Of a DNA stretch of 64,000 nucleotides, positions 9,314-19,706 are shown piece by piece; the stretch's first letter is position 1, and every line of letters starts with the position of its first letter. The stretch is taken from contig OZ252299.1 in assembly GCA_965250285.1 (NCBI GenBank), positions 864,001 through 928,000 of the forward strand. The letters are read 5' to 3'. Origin of the DNA: Myxococcota bacterium (GTDB lineage Bacteria; Myxococcota_A; UBA9160; UBA4427). A program made the position numbers and the translations under genes. The notes under the pieces were generated by a model, which was not told where the DNA came from, made no database searches, and saw only the letters and a program-made list of their open reading frames with translations.

Positions 9314-10660
9314 TCAAGTGAAGCGGCGCGACTTGGTCTGCTGGCCGTAGAGCTGCTCGAGCACCTGGCCAACCACCGCCTCGGCCGCGTCGGGCTCGAG
9401 GCCGAACGCCGAGGCCGTGGCCTCGGCAATGGCGCGAATGCTCCTTTGGCCGTCGATGTGGCGGACGGTCTCGATGAAGAGCTGGTTCGCGAGCGCCTGG
9501 CGTTGCAGCTCGGGGATCGGCGGCACCGGCAGGCTCGTATCGACGAGCCACTCGGGCTTCGTCGCGGGTGGTCTCGTCGGCGCGCAGTCTCTCTCTTTGC
9601 GGGCGCTGAAGACGAGGAGCTCCTCGTGGCGGGTCTGCGCGTTGTGGGGTGAGTCGAGATAGGGGATCGCGGGCCGCCGCTCGAGCTCGACGCTGAAGCC
9701 GGTCTCTTCGAGGATGGCGGTGATCTCCTCGGGGCTGTGGCACAGGCTCTGGCGGCGGTGGAAGAACACGAGCGAGCCGAAGTTCACCCACGTGCCGCCG
9801 GGCGCGAGAGTCTGGTTGATGAGCCGCGCGAGCGTCGCGAAGGGGATCTCGAGAATGTCGATGAACCACGGCGTGACGAGCGTCGAAACCGAACCCGGGG
9901 CAAGGCAGGGGTTCAGCGCATCGGCGAGCACGAGCTCGAGCCCTTGTGCCGGCTCTTTCAATCCGCGCAGCTTCTGCTTCACGGCGTGGTCGGCCAGCGT
10001 CTTGGGCGCAAGCGGAAACTCGTACAGCTGAACATTGCGACCGTCGAGTAGGCGGCGCGCGGCGATCAGCATCAGCGGGTTGATGTCGAACGCATAGGTG
10101 GTCTCGCGATCGAGGCCGGTGTGGAGGTCGTACGCCAGGCGTGCGCTACCGGCGCCATAGACGACGAGCATGCCGTCGGCGTGCGACGCCGGGATGAGGT
10201 CTTGGACGATCCGCGCGCTCTCGCGGCTCTCGTCGTCCCCCCAGCACCAGTCGCGAAAGAGATTGTCGTAGTAGCTGAGCACGTTCTGCGAGCGCACCAG
10301 CTGGGTGCCGAGCGTCTGCTCGAGCTCTTCGCTGCCTTTCGGGATGTCGAGGGGCCCGAGGAGCTGGGCGAGGAGCCGCTGCTGCTCGTTGTACGCCTGG
10401 CTCAGTCGGTTGAGTCGCTTCTGCGTGCTCGGCCGAAGATCCTGCTGCAGCTCGATCCGGACGGCCTCCGCCTCTTGCGCGAGCTGACCGAGCAGCCCCT
10501 TGGCCCGCAGCCGCCAGTCGTTCAGGAAGCGCGCGTGCCCCTCCACCAGCACCGGAATGCCCGCGATGATCGGGTACGCGTCGGCACACCCCTCGCAGCG
10601 GAGATGGTACTTGTCCTCTCGCTCCAGGGGGCTGTGGCACGCGGGGCACACCAGGGCCAT
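9314..10660 (-). CDS. SAM-dependent methyltransferase (N2227/carnosine N-methyltransferase-like) with Trm112-like Zn ribbon and C-terminal PqqD-like domain
   Basis: LVCPAC..C..C..YPIIAGIPVL; RDWCWG; VYGAGSARLAYDL; TLVTPWFIDI; GGTWVNFGSL; IDGQRSIRAIAE tail. Confidence 0.75.
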   Translation of the reverse strand: MALVCPACHSPLEREDKYHLRCEGCADAYPIIAGIPVLVEGHARFLNDWRLRAKGLLGQLAQEAEAVRIELQQDLRPSTQKRLNRLSQAYNEQQRLLAQLLGPLDIPKGSEELEQTLGTQLVRSQNVLSYYDNLFRDWCWGDDESRESARIVQDLIPASHADGMLVVYGAGSARLAYDLHTGLDRETTYAFDINPLMLIAARRLLDGRNVQLYEFPLAPKTLADHAVKQKLRGLKEPAQGLELVLADALNPCLAPGSVSTLVTPWFIDILEIPFATLARLINQTLAPGGTWVNFGSLVFFHRRQSLCHSPEEITAILEETGFSVELERRPAIPYLDSPHNAQTRHEELLVFSARKERDCAPTRPPATKPEWLVDTSLPVPPIPELQRQALANQLFIETVRHIDGQRSIRAIAEATASAFGLEPDAAEAVVGQVLEQLYGQQTKSRRFT

Positions 10661-10792
10661 GGCGAACGCGGCGCTCCTATCGGGGGGACAGGCTCATCCG
10701 GTATCGGCGGGGGTGGCGAGGAGTTTAGGGCGAAACCGGGAGGGCGACGTGGAGGGCGCGCCAGAGGGGCCCACTCGCGCAGTCCCGGTCGG

Positions 10793-12052
10793 CTACTCGA
10801 TCGCGTTCGAGCGACAGCTCTCGGGCCCTGCCACCGGATTGCAGCGCGCCGGCAGCTCACCCGGCAGTGACACCTCGTACGTCGGGTCGAAGGGCTGGGT
10901 CGGGTCGACGCTCACGATCTCGGTCGGCTCGGCGAAGTCGGTCGAGATGTACTGGGCCCCGCTCGCGAGCGCGATGTCGCGGCGGGTCGTGTCGCCGGTG
11001 CGTCCCTGCACCAGGCCGGCGTCGGCGCGCGTGCGCACCAGGTAGCCGGCGGCGACGAGATCGGGGATTCGCGTCGGATCGGCTTCGGGGTCGTTGACCT
11101 TCACGAACGCAGCGTCGGGCTGGCCGGGGGTCGAATTGGGGAAGATGAGGCGCCCCGAGAGGCTCGGATCGCCGTCCACCAGCAGGTCGCGCTTCGCCCC
11201 GTTGTCGAGCGCAAAGATCACCTTGCCCCGCACTGCCCCGAGTCGGGGCCAGCCCTCGCTGAGGATCGCGTCTTCGACACTCGCGTGATCGCCGCGGACC
11301 AGGTCGGGCGTCACGATCCGATCCTCGCTGAAGACCGAGCGGATCTCGTCTTCGAGATCACGCAGCTCGTCAGCGCCGATGAAGAGGGGCTCGGGGATGA
11401 GTGGAGCCAGGAAGGCGGCATCCTTCGTCTCGACGAGGATCATGATCGGCACGTGGCCGGGGTTGGCGTCGGACCAGTCCCGCACCGTCTCGAGGCACGA
11501 CACGAACGTGAGGCAGGTCGTCTCGAAGTCGGCGTGTTGAACGTGCAGCACCTTGAAGCCCGGCTCGTCGAGCGCGGGCTCGCCCGAGGCCACGTCCTCG
11601 CCGATCAGCCCGAGCGCAAGTCGATCGGCATAGAGGCCGCCATCGGGATCGGCGAATACATCGAGCTCGATCTGGCGGATGCCCTGCGTCTCGAACTGCT
11701 CGTCGAGCGGGGGATATGTGTACTCCCACTGGAGCGCTTCGGGATCGATGCCGATGAACGCGCCAAGCAAGGTCGGGCGCGGGATGACGTGATAGCTGTT
11801 GTGGCTGCCGATCACCTGAATCTCGTTGAGCGCGACGCACTCGTTGGCGGTGATCTCATTCACATGGTCGGCCAACTCGACCCAGTGCTCGCCCAGAAAG
11901 GGCAGCTCGATGACCCGTTCGAGGATGTCCTGAATTTCGGCGAGCGGGCCGCACGGGTCGGACTTGATGTCACAACCGGTCGTCGTGAAGAGCAGCGCCA
12001 GCGCGCTTGCGATGAGGCGGATCTGCTTGGCCAGCGTCGTCGTGCGCTCCAT
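10793..12052 (-). CDS. Ca2+-dependent phosphoinositide-specific phospholipase C family lipoprotein
   Basis: Lipobox ..TTG-C; LNEIQVIGSHNSYH; GIRQIELDV; HVPIMILVETKD; LVRTRAD; SGAQYISTDF. Confidence 0.88.
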   Translation of the reverse strand: MERTTTLAKQIRLIASALALLFTTTGCDIKSDPCGPLAEIQDILERVIELPFLGEHWVELADHVNEITANECVALNEIQVIGSHNSYHVIPRPTLLGAFIGIDPEALQWEYTYPPLDEQFETQGIRQIELDVFADPDGGLYADRLALGLIGEDVASGEPALDEPGFKVLHVQHADFETTCLTFVSCLETVRDWSDANPGHVPIMILVETKDAAFLAPLIPEPLFIGADELRDLEDEIRSVFSEDRIVTPDLVRGDHASVEDAILSEGWPRLGAVRGKVIFALDNGAKRDLLVDGDPSLSGRLIFPNSTPGQPDAAFVKVNDPEADPTRIPDLVAAGYLVRTRADAGLVQGRTGDTTRRDIALASGAQYISTDFAEPTEIVSVDPTQPFDPTYEVSLPGELPARCNPVAGPESCRSNAIE

Positions 12053-12269
12053 CAATGCCTGCTCCTTGCGCGTTTTCGAGGTCTCGCCTCGGGTGCAGCT
12101 CGCGGCGCGTTCGGCCGGGTCGAAGTCGCGGCACCGACTCATTCTACGCGCTCGGGGCAGGCCTTGGGGCGTCAAAGGGCGCGGAACCGATTTCGTGAAC
12201 GCACACGGCATCGGGCGGTTCTGCTACTCAAGACGATCTGGAGCGGCCCTCGGCTGCGAGGTCCTGTCT

Positions 12270-12428
12270 AAGGGACGCAGGGACTGCGCCTCAACCCGAG
12301 CCTGACGTCGAAGGGACGCAGGGACTGCGCCGCAACCCGAGCCTGACGTCGAAGGGACGCAGGGATTGCGCGGCAACCCGTGCCTGACGTCGAAGGGACG
12401 CAGGGATTGCGCCGCAACCCGTGCCTGA
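12270..12428. repeat. 41-bp tandem repeat, ~3.9 copies
   Basis: Unit aagggacgcaggga(c/t)tgcgc(c/g)(t/g)caacccg(a/t)gcctgacgtcg starting at 12270, 12311, 12352 and 12393; no spacers. Confidence 0.95.
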
Positions 12429-12493
12429 TTCGGGAGAGGCGATGTCGAGTCGCGGGGCGAGGCGTCGATGCCCTTTGGGCGGGAGTGTTCGAA

Positions 12494-13465
12494 ATGTCCA
12501 GAGAATCGACCGAGCCGGATCGCGAAGCCATCGTCGTTCTCGTTGGCTTTCTGGGCGCGGGCAAGACTTCACTCCTCGCACAGATGGTCGATCGTTCCCT
12601 GGCGGAAGGCTTCGACCCCTTCGTCATCTTGAACGACTACGAGAACGCGCAGCTCGAAGCGCAGCAGCTAGAGAGCACGACGGGCGCTAAGGCGGTGAGA
12701 CCGTTGACTGGAAGCTGCATCTGCTGCGATGGCATCGAGGAGCTTCGAACGTCGGTCAATCAGATCCCGGAGAGGGCCGGCGGAATCACGCTCATCGAGG
12801 CCAATGGCACCTCGGATGCGTGCAGACTGATGGAGTTTCTCGGCGTTGGCCTGGACGCACGTTTCAGGCCGCCGGTACAGGTCTCCGTGGTCGACGCCAA
12901 GAACTGGCAGAGACGCGCCGGGATCGTCTTTCCGGCCGGGGTCGATCACAACGAGCTGGAGCGCAGTCAGATCCAGGTCTCGTCCCTCATCGTGCTGACC
13001 CATCTCGACGAGGTCAGCGAAGATCGAAGACGAGAAGTCGAAGCCGAGCTTCGAGGCCTGAATCCGTACGCGCTCGTGACGACGCGCGAAGAGCTCGAGA
13101 CATCACTCCTTACCCGCCTCTCGCCCGGCGCGCCCGAGACGGGGCAGAGGTCGGCACCCGAGCACGAGGCCACCCACTGGGCGTCGTGCTCCATCGATCT
13201 ACCCCGCGTGCCGGATTGGCAGAGCCTGCAAGCGATCTGTGACCTGATTCCCACGAGTGTTGTTCGCATCAAAGGATGCACACGCGTCGGCGAAGAGGCT
13301 GGCTATGTCTACTTCGAACGGACGCCGGATGGAGAGGTGTTCGTGCGGCCATACATGGGCATACCGGTGACGGGGCCCAAGCTGCTGACCATCGGGCCGG
13401 GGAGCGATCCGGGTCTGTTGCATGACGCGGTTCAGCGCGTGGCTGGTCGAGATTCGTTGGCGTAG
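12494..13465 (+). CDS. CobW/P47K (G3E) family GTPase metallochaperone
   Basis: VGFLGAGKTS, ILNDY, GSCICC, IEANG, VVDA, RIKG motifs. Confidence 0.9.
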   Translation: MSRESTEPDREAIVVLVGFLGAGKTSLLAQMVDRSLAEGFDPFVILNDYENAQLEAQQLESTTGAKAVRPLTGSCICCDGIEELRTSVNQIPERAGGITLIEANGTSDACRLMEFLGVGLDARFRPPVQVSVVDAKNWQRRAGIVFPAGVDHNELERSQIQVSSLIVLTHLDEVSEDRRREVEAELRGLNPYALVTTREELETSLLTRLSPGAPETGQRSAPEHEATHWASCSIDLPRVPDWQSLQAICDLIPTSVVRIKGCTRVGEEAGYVYFERTPDGEVFVRPYMGIPVTGPKLLTIGPGSDPGLLHDAVQRVAGRDSLA

Positions 13466-13847
13466 GCAGCCGAACTCAGCGGCTGCCCCACGGTCCCTGC
13501 GCAAGTCCACTCGATCTCGAGTCAGCGTCGTTCAACCTGGCTCTGCCCCTCCCCGCAATCGCCCAAGCCGCAGACGCGCGAGCGTCGTGCAATTCGCCTG
13601 TGGCGAACGAGAACCGTCGCACGCTGCCGGTCTTGCAGCTCCAAGGCGGGCGGGCGACCGGCGTGGGCGGTTCGCGGTACGGAGGGTCGCCCGAGGCGTC
13701 GAAAGCGCCTCCACCGATCCAACCTGTCTCGACCGACACATCGTGCTCGGCGCCCCGCTTCGATGGAGTCGTGCTCGGCCACAGCGTCGCGACCGCGCGG
13801 GGAATGCGGTCGGGCCCCGTGAATGACGCGATCGCCAACGCCCCTGA

Positions 13848-14063
13848 ATGTCCGCGGTTGTCGTCGGTCTGGTCGGCCTGCTCGCTGCGACAGGCGTCGC
13901 GCGGGCGCTGGATGGCGTCGGCGATGGCATCGACGATGCGACCGAGAGGCGCGAGGCGCTCGATCCCGACACGGACGGCAATCTGACTCTGGATGCATTC
14001 GACGACCGCGACGGCGACGGCCTCGACAACATCGGCGAGCAGGCCGTGGGCTCCGACCCCGGT
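13848..14063 (+). pseudogene. Remnant of a secreted protein with Ca-binding DxDGDG repeats
   Basis: Signal-like MSAVVVGLVGLLAATGVARA, then GDGIDDATE..LDP..DRDGDGLDNIGEQAVGSDP; the frame then continues only as the antisense of the GT gene. Confidence 0.45.
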
Positions 14064-14207
14064 TCCGTGCGTCGCGAGTGCACTTCCCCAAGTGGGATGG
14101 CGCGTAGCGATCCAGACGCGGTTCGGGCCGAGTGCCGGACCGACGTGGGCCGCAGGCGACGCGGTCGTATAGGGGCAGGCCTCGGTGGGCCTCGGCTTTC
14201 CTGCCGC

Positions 14208-15383
14208 TCAACCGTGGTCGATGATGTCCTGAAAATGCGCCTCGAGGCGCTGGCTCTGCACGTGGCTATCGAACTCACGCTCGATCTTCGCGCGCCCGGC
14301 GAGGCCGAGCTCGTCGCGCAGCTTCTTGCTCCGCGCGAGCGCGATCAGCGCCTCGGCGATCGGCGTGACCTGTCGCTCGGGCAAGAGGATGCCGGTGTGC
14401 TCGTGTTCGACCACGTGAGGGATACCGCCGTGAAACGTCGACACGACGGGCAGCCCGGTCGCCGACGCCTCTTTGCACACCGTCAGGCCACCCTCGCGAT
14501 CGCCCCATGGGCTCACGCACGAGGGCGAGAGCATGACGTTGGCCGCGCGCATCTCTTGCGCCACGCGTTCGGGCGGTACGACGCCGAGAAACTCGACGAC
14601 GTCCTCGGCTCCGAGGTCGCGCGTCACGCGGCGCAGGCGCTTCTCGAGAAAGCCCGAGCCGATGATCTTCATCTTCGCTTCAGGCAGCTCGCGGCGCACC
14701 TGTGCGATGGCGCGAATGCCGTACTCCATGCCCTTCTTCTCGACGAACCGGCCGACCATCAGCACGCGCAGCGGCCCGTCGGGACGCTCGGTCGCCTCAA
14801 AACGCGCGAGGGGGATGCCGAGGTTGTGCACTTGGATGCGGCTCGGATCGACGCCTGCCGACATGAGGATGTCGGCCTGATCGGTCGAGACGGGCAGAAA
14901 ACGCCGGGCCGTGCGGAACATCGCCGGAGCCAGCCAGTTGCGATAGGGCACGAACGCGATGCGCTTGCGCGCGTCCCACGTCAGCGCGGCGCCATCCTTG
15001 CCGTGGTACGAAACCACGAGCGGCAGCTTCTCGCGCTGGGCAAAGCCGGCCGCGTGCACCCCGTGGAACCCGAAGTGCGCGTGCAGGATCGCAGGCCTCA
15101 GCTCGCGCAGCAGGCGCGTGTAGGTCGGCGAGACTCGCATCGAGAGATACGTCGGCCACTCGACCGCGGGAAGCGTACGCACGCGGGGGTGGGGAAACAG
15201 CGCCTCGTGGTTGCCGGCTGTCCGGTGGCAGAAGACGGTCGACTCGAAGCGCTGCTCCGCTTGGAGCTGCTCGTAGATGAAGGTCTGCGAGTACGGCAGC
15301 CAGGTGCCGGCCCACACGACCATCGGCATCTTCGATGCGGTCGCCGATCCATCGCTCGATTGGTGGGCTGCTTCGTCGACCAC
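14208..15383 (-). CDS. GT4 family glycosyltransferase (WcaL-like)
   Basis: SQTFIYEQ, ILHAHFG, SYHGKD, VGRFVEKKG, EGGLTVCKEASATGLPVVSTFHGGIP. Confidence 0.92.
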   Translation of the reverse strand: MVDEAAHQSSDGSATASKMPMVVWAGTWLPYSQTFIYEQLQAEQRFESTVFCHRTAGNHEALFPHPRVRTLPAVEWPTYLSMRVSPTYTRLLRELRPAILHAHFGFHGVHAAGFAQREKLPLVVSYHGKDGAALTWDARKRIAFVPYRNWLAPAMFRTARRFLPVSTDQADILMSAGVDPSRIQVHNLGIPLARFEATERPDGPLRVLMVGRFVEKKGMEYGIRAIAQVRRELPEAKMKIIGSGFLEKRLRRVTRDLGAEDVVEFLGVVPPERVAQEMRAANVMLSPSCVSPWGDREGGLTVCKEASATGLPVVSTFHGGIPHVVEHEHTGILLPERQVTPIAEALIALARSKKLRDELGLAGRAKIEREFDSHVQSQRLEAHFQDIIDHG

Positions 15384-15890
15384 ACCGGGTCCTCTCGTCT
15401 GTCCGCTCACAGGAGCCGCCCCTGGGTACCAGGAAATCTGCCCGCCGACAATGCTCGGGGTCTCCGCACATGTGAGAGACGAGCGTGCGCTCGACGTCTC
15501 AAGAGATCGAGGAGCACTTTACGCCGCCCGCCGGTGTCACGCGCCGTCAAGCTCTGCTGAACTTCTTCACGGGCCAAGAAGAAGAGATACCGATCGCTGG
15601 CCGAGTCGAGCGGTCGAAGCGCGTGCTCGTATGCTTCAGCCTGGTTGGGATCGCCATGGATCTCGACGGTTCTCGGCAGGGGCTCGGCCAGCTCGGCCTG
15701 GAGGTCTCAGGCCGTCTTGATTCGTTTCTCTACGGACGACGCTCGAAGTCGGTCGCGTGCGACCGAATCAGGTCTGTCTCTGCTTGCTATGATCGAGTGC
15801 TCGTGCGCATCTTCCCTTCTTGCTTTGGGCCGCCGTTGCTGGTCGAGATCGTTCGGTGCGAAGACGCAGGTGCCGCCTTGCTGAGGCCGA

Positions 15891-17033
15891 ATGTTGGATC
15901 GCGAGCTGAGTGACACGATCGAGACGATTTATGAGGCGGCTCTGACTCCAGAGCGCTGGTACGACACCTTGGTGGCCGTCGTGAAGTACGTGGGTGCTGA
16001 GCGGGGGATGGTCGGCATGACGAATGCGACCACGGGTTTGCTGGACGTCTCTGAGATGTACGCACTCGATGCCGACCTCATGGCCCTTTGGGCGACGAAG
16101 TTCGGTGGAGAGGATCCCTGGGCCGATGGCATTGCGGGCGTCGTCGCCGGCGACGTCGGACGCGGCAGTGACCTCATTTCCTACGAAGAGCTCGAGAAGA
16201 AGCAGGTCTTTCGCGAGATTGTCGTCCCCGTCGGCGTCTACGACACGTGCTACACGGCGATTGCCTCCAACCGGCTGCGCGTTGGTTTCTTGAGCGTGTA
16301 CCAGGGCGAAGAACTCGGTCGCTTTTCAGACGAAACCGTCGAGCGCATGGCGGTGCTCGGCCCGCATTTGGTTCGGGCTGCGAAGATTCACACCCATCTA
16401 TCCGAGCTGCGGGTCACGACGGCCGCGCTCGGAGGGGCGCTCGATGAGCTGAGCTTTGCCCTCGTCACGTGCACCCGAGATGGACGCATCGTCACTGCGA
16501 ACCGGCCGGCCGAAGCCCTCTTCGGGAAGTCGGGCGTGCTCAAGCTGAGAGACCAGCGGCTGAGCACATGGGATCCGTCCTCGACGCAGCGGCTGTGGGA
16601 TCTCATCGAGCGCGCGTCGGACTCGGGCGATCCCGCCATGATCGATTCGGGTGTGGTGGCGCTCGTCCGGCCGGGCTTCGACGATCGTCCGCTCTCTGCG
16701 ACGGTCGTGCCGATCTCACGCCGCGTCGACAGGCCACCGTGGGCCGGCGATTCAGCGACCGCGTTGGTGGTGATCACGAGCCCCGAACAGCCGCTCGACG
16801 TTCCCGAAGGCGCCCTCAGTGAGCTCTATAGCCTGACGCCGGCCGAGGCTCGGTTGGCCTTGGCCGTTGCGCACGGGCAATCGCCTGCTGACTACGCCGA
16901 GCTGGAAGGCATCGCTGTTTCGACCGCTCGCTGGACCCTCAAGAAGGTGCAGGCGAAGACGGGGACCAACACGCAGAGCGCGTTGGCTGCCCTGATCATG
17001 CGCTCGTTGGGTCCGCTTGCCAGGGCGCGCTGA
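15891..17033 (+). CDS. LuxR-type HTH regulator with N-terminal sensor and PAS-like domains
   Basis: IYEAALTPERW N-terminus; LGPHLVRA; C-terminal LTPAEARLA..G.S..YAE..GIAVSTARWTLKKV..KTG..TQ..L. Confidence 0.9.
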   Translation: MLDRELSDTIETIYEAALTPERWYDTLVAVVKYVGAERGMVGMTNATTGLLDVSEMYALDADLMALWATKFGGEDPWADGIAGVVAGDVGRGSDLISYEELEKKQVFREIVVPVGVYDTCYTAIASNRLRVGFLSVYQGEELGRFSDETVERMAVLGPHLVRAAKIHTHLSELRVTTAALGGALDELSFALVTCTRDGRIVTANRPAEALFGKSGVLKLRDQRLSTWDPSSTQRLWDLIERASDSGDPAMIDSGVVALVRPGFDDRPLSATVVPISRRVDRPPWAGDSATALVVITSPEQPLDVPEGALSELYSLTPAEARLALAVAHGQSPADYAELEGIAVSTARWTLKKVQAKTGTNTQSALAALIMRSLGPLARAR

Positions 17034-17349
17034 GCGCAGGTTCCGCCCCTGAAACTCGCGTCTGCTTCGGGGCGGTCTTTCGTCGTTCGAGTCGTGCCGT
17101 CGGGCCAGCGCGTCTTCACCGCAGTCGCCCGCGAGACCACAAGCGTCAGGTGGCCGGGCGCACGAATCCTTCACGGCCAAATGCTCGAGCCGATTCGGTG
17201 TGTCAGACTGCGGCTGTGACCCGACGGGGATGAGCAGACATGAACCGGGAAGCCGCGGGCGCGATCGGCGGACATACAGGACCGCCGGCAAGCCCGATGA
17301 CCGACCTCCCACGCAACGGCGACGCCGGCGTGCCCAGGATGCCGAGAGC

Positions 17350-18030
17350 ATGAACGACGAGCACCAGGCATTGAATCCTGCCTATACGGGCGAGCGCGAA
17401 GACATCGTCCAGCACGTGCCCGAGGATGCCCACCGCGTGCTGGATGTGGGCTGCAGCGTGGGCGTGCTCGGCGCCGGCATCAAGGCGGCCCGGACGCAGC
17501 CCATAGAGGTCACCGGCATCGAGCTCGACCCGGTCATGGCCGAGATCGCGCGAGAGCGCCTCGACCGGGTGATCGTCGGCGACGTGGACCAGCTCGACGT
17601 CTCCTCGCAGTTCGAGGAAGGCTACTTCGACTGCATCGTCTTCGCGGATGTGCTCGAGCACCTGAAGGATCCGTGGCAGACACTCCGCGACAGCACGCAC
17701 TGTCTTCGCCCCGGCGGTACGGTGATCGCCTGCCTGCCCAACGTGCGCCACTACAGCACCATCGTGAGCCTGCTCTTGCTCGGACGCTGGCCCTACCGCG
17801 ATCGCGGGATCCATGACCGCACGCATCTTCGCTTCTTCACACGAAAGAACATGGTCGCGCTGTTCGATGTCGCAGGGCTCGAGATCGACGGAGTCAGCGC
17901 CAAGTACCGGCTGATCGAGCATCCCCACAAGCTGAACAAGTACGCCCGGTATCTGGCTCTGCCCGGCCTCCGGGATCTCCTGACCTTTCAATACATCCTG
18001 ACCGCCACACGCCCCGACGCGTCTCACTGA
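17350..18030 (+). CDS. Class I SAM-dependent methyltransferase (polysaccharide-cluster type)
   Basis: VLDVGCSVG, FDCIVFADVLEHLKDPW, PNVRH, DRTHLRFFT. Confidence 0.92.
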   Translation: MNDEHQALNPAYTGEREDIVQHVPEDAHRVLDVGCSVGVLGAGIKAARTQPIEVTGIELDPVMAEIARERLDRVIVGDVDQLDVSSQFEEGYFDCIVFADVLEHLKDPWQTLRDSTHCLRPGGTVIACLPNVRHYSTIVSLLLLGRWPYRDRGIHDRTHLRFFTRKNMVALFDVAGLEIDGVSAKYRLIEHPHKLNKYARYLALPGLRDLLTFQYILTATRPDASH

Positions 18031-18047
18031 TCGCTCGGCCGGGTGCG

Positions 18048-19235
18048 TCAGGGAGACGGCCGCTGGCCTCCGGGAGCAGGCTGCCGGGCGAACAGGTCCG
18101 AGAGCGTCGGCCGAATCGCAGACCAGCTGTAGCGCTCGAGGAAGCGGGTGCGGGCCAGGCGCCCACGACGCTGCGCCTCTTCCCCATCGGCGAGCGCCGC
18201 GGAGATCTGCCTCGCGAGATCCTGCGAATCGCCCGGCTGGGCGATCCATCCGCAGCCCTCGAGCACCTCGGGGATGTCGGAGACGGCCGTCGCCACCACC
18301 GGCTTCCCCATGGCCATGGCGTCGTAGAGCTTGGCGGGCATCTGGCCGATGCTGGCCGGGCTGACCTGCTGTGGCACGACGACGACATCGGCCATGGCCA
18401 GGATCTGCGGTGCCTCGGAGAACGGGTGCTGGCCGATCGCCCGAAATCTCGCGCCCAGGGCCCGCTCCGCTCTCTCGGCGATCTCTTGGCCCAGCGCCTG
18501 GCTCGTATCGATGCCTGCGATGACGAGGACGCTATCGGCATCACCCACCACCCGCATCGAATCGATCAGGTCGTCGATGCCCTTGTGAGCGCGGGGCGTG
18601 CCGAGGAACATGACCACCTTCTGCTCGGGGCCGATCCCCTGGGCCTGCTTGAGGGCGGCCTGATCGAATCGTGCCGGATCGAACACGTGCTCGTCGCGAC
18701 CGTGCGGGATCAGCAGCCCACCGAATTTCTCCTGCAGGAATCGACTCGAGACCGTGATGGCGTTCGCCCGGGTTGCGAGCCTCTCGCCCAGCCACGCCCC
18801 GGTCGGACCGTGCTTGCGGTGGATGGAGAAGACCGAGCTCACCAGGTTCGTGACGCGTGTCGGCGCCGGCTTTCTCGCCAGCACGGCGCGGACGCAGCCC
18901 CACTCCCAGTCGTCGATGTCCAGCACGACGCTCCGCCCGCGCCGGGCCCGAAGCGCCAGGACGTAGCTGTGATAGAGGGGCTTGCTGGCGTACAGGACGT
19001 CGCCGTCCATCAGATCCATGATCTCGCGCAGGTGGTGGGACGTGCGGCGGTCGCGCCGCAGCGGCACGTAGCGACAAGGGACATCGAGTGGATCGCAGAG
19101 GGGCTTCCACACACCATCGCCCATGGCGGGCCCGACGATCTCGACCTCGAAGTCGGAGGCGAGCATCTTGGCGAGAATGTAGGCGCGGCCGAACGCGTTG
19201 CTGGACACGTCGCAGCAGGTGACCGAGATCTTCAT
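18048..19235 (-). CDS. GT4 family glycosyltransferase
   Basis: LDIDDWE, FLGTPRAHKG, PAKLYDAMAMGKPVVATAVSDIPE. Confidence 0.92.
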   Translation of the reverse strand: MKISVTCCDVSSNAFGRAYILAKMLASDFEVEIVGPAMGDGVWKPLCDPLDVPCRYVPLRRDRRTSHHLREIMDLMDGDVLYASKPLYHSYVLALRARRGRSVVLDIDDWEWGCVRAVLARKPAPTRVTNLVSSVFSIHRKHGPTGAWLGERLATRANAITVSSRFLQEKFGGLLIPHGRDEHVFDPARFDQAALKQAQGIGPEQKVVMFLGTPRAHKGIDDLIDSMRVVGDADSVLVIAGIDTSQALGQEIAERAERALGARFRAIGQHPFSEAPQILAMADVVVVPQQVSPASIGQMPAKLYDAMAMGKPVVATAVSDIPEVLEGCGWIAQPGDSQDLARQISAALADGEEAQRRGRLARTRFLERYSWSAIRPTLSDLFARQPAPGGQRPSP

Positions 19236-19706
19236 GAAGGCGACCGGCTTCCATGCGGTTTCGTAGGTGCGAGAGCGCCGACATCCGGCTCCGGTCTACG
19301 TTGGTAGGCGATCGGCGACGCGCAGCCAAGGGTGAAGTCTCTCCGGTGCGAGTCGTGCCCGCCTGCGCTGGAGCGACGCGCGACGCCATGCCGATCCGGC
19401 GCTTCGGATCTCGGGGGAGCGCCCCATCGAAGGTGACGAGAGGCGTCTCGCGCGTTGCAGCCTCGTCGCACCCGGTCGGCGAGGCAGTTCGAGGGAAGAC
19501 GCGGGCACCAGCACTGAAGACCAGCTCTGGTAGCTGCCCGCTGATTCGTTGCCTACGCTCCGCGCTGCGGATTGCGGCCCGCCGCGGTGCGAGTGGGCTC
19601 GACCCGGTTGGATGCAGATTTCCACGACATCGCGAACACGGGGGCGCACGGGTCGTGTCGACATCGTCATGCCGGGCAGCGATCGCTCGTCCGCTCGGGA
19701 GCGCCC

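Noticed and set aside
12270..12428. Possible CRISPR array
   Set aside because: The units are contiguous with no unique spacers and there are no cas genes; it is a tandem repeat
13848..15560. 570-aa ORF as a real full-length gene
   Set aside because: Only the first ~70 aa look protein-like; the rest is antisense to the GT4 gene
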